A stretch of 44,726 bases of DNA from an uncultured bacterium. Lineage in GTDB: Bacteria > Krumholzibacteriota > Krumholzibacteriia > Krumholzibacteriales > Krumholzibacteriaceae. Where the stretch lies: assembly GCA_965371515.1 (NCBI GenBank), contig CBDUYR010000022.1, positions 1-44,726 on the forward strand, given 5' to 3'. The translations under genes and the position numbers were made by a program. The notes beneath the pieces are model-generated. The model had not been told where the DNA came from and did not search any database. It saw only the letters and a list, made by a program, of their open reading frames with translations. Below are positions 38,614 through 44,726 of the stretch, piece after piece. Each line of letters begins with the position of its first letter. Position 1 is the stretch's first letter.

Positions 38614-39678
38614 ATGGACCGCATAGAACAGCTTCTGAAAGAATTCACCGACGCCGCCGGGGTATCCGGCGCGGAGGGCGAGGTCTTCGCCCTGATGAAG
38701 AAACATCTCGGGAAGATAACCGAGGTCAGTGGCGACCGCCTCGGATCGTTCATCGGGAAGCTCTCGAAAGGCAAGGATGCGCCGCGGATAATGCTGACCG
38801 CCCACATGGACGAAGTCGGGCTGATGGTCTCGCATTTCTCGGGGAATTTCGTGAGATTCAACACGCTCGGGGGCTGGTGGCCGCCGAGGCTGATCGGCCT
38901 GCCGGTGAGGATCATTACGAGAAAGGGCAGCATCCCCGGTGTCGTTGCCACGAAATCCCCGTTTCTCCTGGAGAAGGAGGAGAGAGACAAGCCGGTCAAG
39001 CCGAAGGACATGTTTATCGACATCGGCCTGACCGGGAAGAAGAAGCCGGAGAACCTGGGCATCAGGCCGGGTGACCCGGTCGTCCCGGTATTCCCCTTTA
39101 CCGTAATGCAGGGGGGGAAGACGTATATGGCCAAGGCGTGGGACGATCGTCTCGGCTGCGTCGTTATCGTCGAGGTCATGCGGAAGCTCTCGGAGATGAG
39201 CCTGCCCAACAGCGTCTACGCGGTGGGTACTGTGCAGGAGGAGGTGGGGATCAGGGGCGCTGTGACGAGCAGCCATGCCGTCTCGCCCGACGTCTGCTTC
39301 GCCGTAGACGTCAATGTCGCCCAGGACCTTCCCGGCTCTCCGGAGGAAGGCCCCGAGAAGCTCGGCGCGGGGGTCTCGATATGTGTCTATGATGCGACGC
39401 TTATTCCCAACACGAAGCTCAGGGATCTCGTCGCCGAAATCGCCGACAGGAAAAAGATCCCGTATCATTTCAGCGCCATACCCTTCGGAGGCACCGACGG
39501 GGGACGGATCCATCTGAACGAATCGGGGGTCCCGACGCTCGTACTCGGGATTCCGACACGCTATATACACAGTGCTGCCGGAATAGTGTACAGGAAGGAT
39601 TTCGACAGCGCCGTCAGACTGCTTGTCGAGGTGACGAGGGCTCTGGACGCGAAGACCGTCGCCGGTCTTTGTCGGTAA
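38614..39678 (+). CDS. M42 family (TET-like) aminopeptidase
   Basis: AHMDEVG, KAWDDRLG, VQEEVG, GGTDG, RYIHS. Confidence 0.92.
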   Translation: MDRIEQLLKEFTDAAGVSGAEGEVFALMKKHLGKITEVSGDRLGSFIGKLSKGKDAPRIMLTAHMDEVGLMVSHFSGNFVRFNTLGGWWPPRLIGLPVRIITRKGSIPGVVATKSPFLLEKEERDKPVKPKDMFIDIGLTGKKKPENLGIRPGDPVVPVFPFTVMQGGKTYMAKAWDDRLGCVVIVEVMRKLSEMSLPNSVYAVGTVQEEVGIRGAVTSSHAVSPDVCFAVDVNVAQDLPGSPEEGPEKLGAGVSICVYDATLIPNTKLRDLVAEIADRKKIPYHFSAIPFGGTDGGRIHLNESGVPTLVLGIPTRYIHSAAGIVYRKDFDSAVRLLVEVTRALDAKTVAGLCR

Positions 39679-39703
39679 AGCGTCGGGGGGAAGGAATACA
39701 TCG

Positions 39704-41131
39704 ATGTCGCTGCAGGTCTACAACAGGTACGAGGGCAGAAAAGAGGAGTTCCAGCCGGTCCATGAGGGAAAGGTCGGGATCTATTTCTGCGGTATGACCG
39801 TCCAGGACAAGCCGCACATGGGGCACATGCTTGCCTTTGTCGCCGGCGATATAATCAGGCGCTATCTCAAGTTCAAGGGGTACGACGTCAAGTACGTGCA
39901 GAACTTTACCGACGTCGATGACAAGATCATATCGAAGGCGAACGACGAAGGCGTCGATTTCACGGTAGTCGCTCAGAGAAACATCGACGAGTATTTCAGG
40001 TTCGCCGGCGAACTGAACATCCTGCCGGCTGACATCTATCCAAGGGCCACGGAGCACATCGACGACATCATAGAGCTTATTTCGAAACTCGAAGAGAGCG
40101 GGTATGCCTACAAGGGCGGCAGCGACGTTTACTACCGGGTGAGGAAATTTGCCGTGTACGGGAAACTCTCGGGCAGGGTGATAGATGATCTGCAGTCCGG
40201 CTCGAGGATCGAGGTCGGCGAGGAGAAGGAGGACCCCCTCGACTTCACCCTCTGGAAGGGAGCGAGGGAGGGGGAGCCCGCATGGGATTCCCCGTGGGGC
40301 CCCGGACGTCCCGGGTGGCACATAGAGTGCTCGGTGATGTCGATGAAGTACCTCGGCAACACCCTCGACATGCACGGCGGAGGGATGGACCTCATCTTCC
40401 CTCACCACGAGAACGAGATAGCGCAGAGCGAAGCGGCGACGGGACAAGAGTACGTGAAATACTGGATGCACAACGGCCTGCTCAACCTCAGCGGCGAGAA
40501 GATGTCGAAATCGACGGGACATTTCTTCCTTATCGAGGACATACTGAAGGAGTTCTCCGGCGAGGTGGTGAGGTTCTACTTTCTCTCGACCCATTTCAGG
40601 AGCAACAGCGAATTTGGCCGCGAACGGCTTGCGGAAGCAGCCGCCGGATTCGAGCGCATACGAGATTTCTGCGTCAGGCTTGCCGAGGCTCGCGGCGCTT
40701 CTGCGGGTGGAGAAGGGCGGGACGAAAAGATCGACGGCCTCGCCCGTAAGGTCCGGGAAGATTTCCTCGCCTCGATGGACGACGATTTCAACTGCGCCGA
40801 GGCGACAGGACACATCTTCCACCTGATCCGCGAGTTGAACTCCATAACAGGCGGCGACCTGGCAAAGCTGGCCGAATTTCCCGCGTCACTCGACATCATG
40901 CTCGTCGACCTGGAGACGTACGATTCGATACTCGGGCTCTTCGTCGACGGCATCCCGAAGGCGGGAGGCGACGTTCCCGAAGAGATCATGCAGATGGTCC
41001 GGGAACGGGAAGAGGCGAGAAAGTCGAAGGACTGGGCCAGGGCGGACGAACTGCGAGATCTCGTTATGGAAGCGGGATACACTATAGAGGACAGGGCGGA
41101 AGGGACGAGGGTCAGTCGCTTGAAGAGCTGA
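39704..41131 (+). CDS. cysS: Cysteine--tRNA ligase
   Basis: YFCGMTV, HMGH, NFTDVDDK, GRPGWHIECS, FPHHENE, KMSKS, ADELRD. Confidence 0.95.
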   Translation: MSLQVYNRYEGRKEEFQPVHEGKVGIYFCGMTVQDKPHMGHMLAFVAGDIIRRYLKFKGYDVKYVQNFTDVDDKIISKANDEGVDFTVVAQRNIDEYFRFAGELNILPADIYPRATEHIDDIIELISKLEESGYAYKGGSDVYYRVRKFAVYGKLSGRVIDDLQSGSRIEVGEEKEDPLDFTLWKGAREGEPAWDSPWGPGRPGWHIECSVMSMKYLGNTLDMHGGGMDLIFPHHENEIAQSEAATGQEYVKYWMHNGLLNLSGEKMSKSTGHFFLIEDILKEFSGEVVRFYFLSTHFRSNSEFGRERLAEAAAGFERIRDFCVRLAEARGASAGGEGRDEKIDGLARKVREDFLASMDDDFNCAEATGHIFHLIRELNSITGGDLAKLAEFPASLDIMLVDLETYDSILGLFVDGIPKAGGDVPEEIMQMVREREEARKSKDWARADELRDLVMEAGYTIEDRAEGTRVSRLKS

Positions 41132-41600
41132 CGGGCAGGAGGTCGCCCTTCGGCATCAGCAGGGCCCAGAGCATGATCGGCAGGAAGAAGTTGATCGTAA
41201 GGTTGAGGAACTCCGTTCCGATCCACAGCTGCTCGTTTCTAGTGATTGCGCTGAGAAACATGAAAAAGACGGTGATGATGTTGGCCGCCGTCAGGATGAG
41301 CGCTCCGATCAGCGCAGGCCTGATCCTCTCCTTCCACGCAACACCCGTTACTGCGATCACCAGCGAGATGTAGACTGCCGGGTTGAGAGAGATCTCCTCG
41401 CTTACCTTCAGCGCCTGCTCCACGTTGAGCGTGTTTCCCGTCAGGGCTACGAGAGGTTTTGCTCCCCACGCCACAGCCAGCGTATAGAACTTCCCGATGA
41501 ACATCCATGCCGTGTAGAGGACCAGCGACACGATCACGAACCGCACGAAGAAGATCAGGATCCTCTTCGTGTCGGGCCTTCTTTCTCTCTCTTCCGTCAT
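41112..41600 (-). CDS. Exosortase-associated membrane protein (exosortase-like, catalytic residues absent)
   Basis: About four TM segments; YISLVIAVTGVAWKERIRPALIGALILTAANII parallels the neighbour's FYSIIGAYPARIKEKLIGLLIGIPAIHILNLVR; no Cys or His in the protein. Confidence 0.65.
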   Translation of the reverse strand: MTEERERRPDTKRILIFFVRFVIVSLVLYTAWMFIGKFYTLAVAWGAKPLVALTGNTLNVEQALKVSEEISLNPAVYISLVIAVTGVAWKERIRPALIGALILTAANIITVFFMFLSAITRNEQLWIGTEFLNLTINFFLPIMLWALLMPKGDLLPVSSSSD

Positions 41601-41607
41601 ATTAGTG

Positions 41608-42168
41608 TTACCCGGCCGAGCGCGGCTTGACTATCTTCGCCATCCAGAAAATCACGAGTAGAAGCATGAAGATAACAAAGCTCACCTGCCAGAGATACCC
41701 GTGGAAGAAATCGAACAACTCCCTCTTGTGATATAGAACGAGAGAGACGACGACCATCCTTACGAGGTTGAGGATGTGAATGGCGGGGATGCCTATCAGC
41801 AGCCCGATCAACTTCTCTTTTATCCTGGCGGGATAGGCCCCGATGATCGAATAGAAGATGATGGTCGTGTAGAGCCCCGTACACTCTGCGATTACGATTA
41901 GCCGTTCTCCGCCATGGTCAGTATGGAATGTGAATGTCGAGTCGACACGAGTGAACCAGTAATTGAGGTTGTCGAGGCACCATTCGAGTTCTCTCGCCAC
42001 GAGCAGCTGCATTTCACTGGCTATTAAGGGGATTTTCCTGGTCAATAAATAGGAAAAAAGCCAGAGGGCAAAGAAGAGAATCAGGAATACGATAAAATCC
42101 CTGCGGAAGGATCTTGAACTCCTCCGCGTCTCTCTCGTTTGACCTTCTGGCTTCTTTCCGTGGCCCAA
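41608..42168 (-). CDS. Exosortase/archaeosortase family transpeptidase, XrtH-like
   Basis: Triad motifs IAECTG (Cys), ILNLVR (Arg), FHGYLWQ (His) in a short polytopic membrane protein. Confidence 0.88.
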   Translation of the reverse strand: MGHGKKPEGQTRETRRSSRSFRRDFIVFLILFFALWLFSYLLTRKIPLIASEMQLLVARELEWCLDNLNYWFTRVDSTFTFHTDHGGERLIVIAECTGLYTTIIFYSIIGAYPARIKEKLIGLLIGIPAIHILNLVRMVVVSLVLYHKRELFDFFHGYLWQVSFVIFMLLLVIFWMAKIVKPRSAG

Positions 42169-42213
42169 CCGTTACTCTTTCAATACCTCACGATACCATT
42201 GGCAATTCGGTTC

Positions 42214-43188
42214 CTAGGCCTTTACAGCATGCCTCTTCATGATGACCGCGGCGGCGAGGATCATGGCAAGAACCAGGATCGTCACGACCGGAGCAGTGAA
42301 GAGAGGCACGGGTACGGGCTCGACCACATGGACCAGCTGGACGCACGTGTCATAGACTGTGCCGCCATCGTCCCAGGCGATGATCGTAAGCTCGTCCCAG
42401 GTGCAGACGGATGCCGTACCGGCATCGACGATGCCGTAGACATCCCCGCACGTTCCGCCGACCAGGCCTGCAGCTGTTCCGGTCTGATTCAGCGCGCCGC
42501 CGATGGTTCCATCGCTAGTGATCACATAGTGGTAATCGGTAGCCGGAGCGCAGGCGTCGCCGTTGCAGATCGAGAACGGAATGTAACCGGAGGTCTGACC
42601 CTGCTCGACGTAGTACAGGCTGTCCTGAAGGATGTAGAGCGCCGGAGGCGACTCGACGATCTCGAAGTCCTGCGTAATCGTGCTCCAGCAGTCAACCGGG
42701 CCCGAACGGACGTTCGGATCCTCACAGTCACCACTGTCGGGCTGCACGACCATCTGATCGTCGCAGTAGGCCATCACAGCGGTCACAGTGTTCAGGTCGC
42801 CTACGGTAGCTTCGCAGGGAACCGTGAAACAGAACTCGGTCACGTAGTACCAGGAATCAACACCATCGTCGTTGATGATGTAGCATTTGGCCTCGGCGTC
42901 TTCGCCTTCAACACCCTGCTCGAAACCGAGGAAGATGTTCGTGATCGGCCAACCCTGGACATCCGATGTGACAACGCCGAAAGTGTCCATGATAGCGGTG
43001 CAAGTCGTTGACGCCCAGCTGAACTGCCCGGCGTACAGAACTTCGCACCAGGTCTCGCCTCTGATAACGCTGATCGTTCCGCCGGCGAAATCAAAGTAGA
43101 AAGCAGGATCGCCCTGCTTGAGGTCATAAGCGTTGGCCATTGAAGGAAGCAGAATGACGACTAGCGCCACAAGTATGAGCTTCTTCAT
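42214..43188 (-). CDS. Secreted acidic Cys-rich surface protein with C-terminal exosortase sorting signal
   Basis: SD GGAGG; signal peptide MKKLILVALVVILLPSMANA; tail PVPVPLFTAP + TM + KRHAVKA; directly upstream of the exosortase. Confidence 0.85.
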   Translation of the reverse strand: MKKLILVALVVILLPSMANAYDLKQGDPAFYFDFAGGTISVIRGETWCEVLYAGQFSWASTTCTAIMDTFGVVTSDVQGWPITNIFLGFEQGVEGEDAEAKCYIINDDGVDSWYYVTEFCFTVPCEATVGDLNTVTAVMAYCDDQMVVQPDSGDCEDPNVRSGPVDCWSTITQDFEIVESPPALYILQDSLYYVEQGQTSGYIPFSICNGDACAPATDYHYVITSDGTIGGALNQTGTAAGLVGGTCGDVYGIVDAGTASVCTWDELTIIAWDDGGTVYDTCVQLVHVVEPVPVPLFTAPVVTILVLAMILAAAVIMKRHAVKA

Positions 43189-43538
43189 TTTTTAAAGCCT
43201 CCATGTTGAACAGTGAAGAGTCTTTCCTTTTCGGAATTCGTCCTCGTGCTATTAAATTGATTGGCCTGTCGGTGGTTTCTGCGGATTTGAAACAACCCGC
43301 GACCGGCCGCCAGGGTTAGAAGGTTATAGGTTCCCGATGATTTATCTTCGGTCTGTCCTCCTTACCCGGGTCAGCCCCTCACGGGCTTCATTGTGAAACC
43401 GGGAAACGGACATCAGGGCACCTTTACCCTATCGCCCGTTTCATTGGGTTTCCTTCCCGATCATAATGTTCATACCATCCTGCTTCGTGAGGTACTACGA
43501 CAGGTCCCAGGGTCTGGGCCGTACCTGCCGATGTCGGG

Positions 43539-43568
43539 ATTCTATCACAATCCCGCGGGATCCGTCAA
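43539..43568 (-). promoter_or_regulatory. sigma-70-type promoter for the sorting cassette
   Basis: Minus strand TTGACG, 18 bp spacer, TGa-TAGAAT; spacer contains the palindrome ATCCCGCGGGAT. Confidence 0.6.
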
Positions 43569-44057
43569 GTGTAAAATCCGGCCTGACTTGAATTTCCATA
43601 TTCCGGGGACAATTGGCCGTCTTCCCGAAATCCACTCTACGCCCATCAAGCTGCCATCCGCCCAGACAGTAACACCGCGAGGGATCCTGCGCAGACAGAC
43701 AGTCGGGCAACCATCAATATAAAACCCAAAAAAGTAGAAAAAATCCAAAAAAATTGTATCCAGCGGAATCGATAATCCTTTCAGCCCTGTAAGCTTCCTG
43801 ATTCAAGCTGGTTACAGGGGCGGGGATGATTCTCGAAAGTATAGGAGAATCTCTGATCGAGACGCAGATCTGAAAGATGTGAATATCCGGTAGAATTCCG
43901 CGAGTTGCTCCGGGTTTTGTGGAAAAACCGGGTATCTTGTTGATATTGTGAGAGTAGTGCTGGCTGCTGGCGGGCTGACTGTCTGGGATCGATATTCTCA
44001 GGTCCTGGAGGGGGGTCGGGGGTTTCCCCCGGCCCCTGAAAACGAGTATTATTTTTC

Positions 44058-44086
44058 TTGACAGGCGGTTCGGGCATACGTATTAT
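44058..44086 (+). promoter_or_regulatory. sigma-70 promoter of the tRNA-tuf operon
   Basis: TTGACA, 17 bp spacer, TATTAT, with AT-rich upstream sequence. Confidence 0.8.
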
Positions 44087-44126
44087 ACAGAACCTGAAAT
44101 CTTATCAGGGGCGGAATACGCCCTGT

Positions 44127-44202
44127 GCTGGCGTAGCTCAATTGGTAGAGCAGCTGATTTGTAATCAGCAGGTTGGGGGTTCAAGTCCCTTCGCCAGCTC
44201 CA
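44127..44202 (+). tRNA. tRNA-Thr(TGT)
   Basis: GCTGGCG acceptor, anticodon loop TTTGTAA, GTTCAAGTC T-arm, encoded CCA. Confidence 0.97.
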
Positions 44203-44324
44203 TGAGACTGAGTGGCCGGGGAAATTTTCCTTTCGTTTAAAACTGGAAAATTTTGCGGAGGAATACGGCCGGTAGGGGATTTTTTTCTTTTATCGGCGTG
44301 CCGGTCCTTCAGCGATAGATTCCC

Positions 44325-44409
44325 GGGGAGGTTCCCGAGCGGTCAAAGGGAACAGACTGTAAATCTGTCGGCGAAGCCTTCGGAGGTTCGAATCCTCCCC
44401 TCCCCACCA
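44325..44409 (+). tRNA. tRNA-Tyr(GTA)
   Basis: GGGGAGG/CCTCCCC acceptor, CTGTAAA loop, long variable arm, CCA. Confidence 0.97.
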
Positions 44410-44459
44410 GGAATCAAGCGCGGCGCCGCCGAAAGGCTGATCGTCCGTCTTGAAAAGGA

Positions 44460-44535
44460 GCGGGAGTAGCTCAGTTGGTAGAGCATCAGCCTTCCAAGCT
44501 GAGGGTCGCGGGTTCGAGTCCCGTTTCCCGCTCCA
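44460..44535 (+). tRNA. tRNA-Gly(TCC)
   Basis: GCGGGAG acceptor, CTTCCAA loop, GTTCGAGTC, CCA. Confidence 0.97.
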
Positions 44536-44561
44536 TATAGATGTGGAAAAGGGAACGGGAA

Positions 44562-44637
44562 GCCCACGTAGCTCAGATGGTAGAGCACTTCCTTGGTAAG
44601 GACGAGGTCACCGGTTCAAATCCGGTCGTGGGCTCCA
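44562..44637 (+). tRNA. tRNA-Thr(GGT)
   Basis: GCCCACG/CGTGGGC acceptor, TTGGTAA loop, GTTCAAATC, CCA. Confidence 0.96.
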
Positions 44638-44671
44638 GTAATTAACCTTCGAGAGCAGGAGGAAGTTCTCC

Positions 44672-44726
44672 ATGGCTAAGGAGAAGTTTGAACGAACCAA
44701 GCCGCACGTGAACGTAGGTACGATCG
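44672..44726 (+). CDS. tuf: Elongation factor Tu (5' end, truncated by window)
   Basis: SD AGGAGG; MAKEKFERTKPHVNVGTI; canonical Thr-Tyr-Gly-Thr-tuf arrangement. Confidence 0.95.
   Translation, partial: MAKEKFERTKPHVNVGTI

Noticed and set aside
43370..43460. c-di-GMP-II or c-di-AMP (ydaO) riboswitch in the cargo leader
   Set aside because: GGAAAC..CAAUGA and CUAACCC fragments are reminiscent, but I could not build the kink-turn C-stem, pseudoknot or GCUGAAUC motifs; kept as an unassigned structured leader
43393..44077. Short ORFs in the intergenic region before the tRNAs
   Set aside because: No SDs or recognisable motifs; they overlap promoter elements
44588..44604. U-C mismatch in the anticodon stem of tRNA-Thr(GGT) as a pseudogene sign
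   Set aside because: A single mismatch; all other arms, CCA and the canonical position before tuf are intact
1..44726. CRISPR arrays, IS elements, integrases, prophage or defence genes, and selenoprotein UGA read-through
   Set aside because: No spaced repeats, transposase/integrase motifs or tRNA-end duplications seen; TGA stops fall at the expected ends of recognised families

Overview
GC-rich bacterial chromosomal window, mostly + strand housekeeping genes: thiL, tsaD, priA, rho, rpmE, prfA, prmC, murA, selB, ispG, rqcH, yicC, gmk, rpoZ, coaBC, udg, dnaB, mlaEFD, ispDF, gltX, ddl, an M42 peptidase, cysS, and the tRNA Thr-Tyr-Gly-Thr/tuf cluster. A FlgD-Ig/T9SS-like C-terminal domain at the left edge suggests an FCB-superphylum candidate lineage such as Krumholzibacteriota, Latescibacterota or Eisenbacteria (inference). 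Three accessory loci stand out. (1) A five-gene c-di-GMP phosphorelay operon (3496-11856) behind a consensus sigma-54 promoter with an IHF site; it encodes two paralogous TM-GAF-HisKA-HATPase-GAF-HD-GYP fusions, one with a degenerate HD site. (2) A minus-strand protein-sorting cassette (41112-43568): an acidic, Cys-rich secreted cargo with a variant 'VPLF' CTERM tail, an XrtH-like exosortase and an apparently catalytically dead exosortase-like partner, preceded by a ~345-nt structured leader. (3) An orphan secreted-protein gene followed by a structured, terminator-capped non-coding stretch (24580-25222). thiL appears to start at an ATC codon. No CRISPR array, IS, integrase or prophage was seen. 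All calls come from reading motifs by eye; no searches were run.
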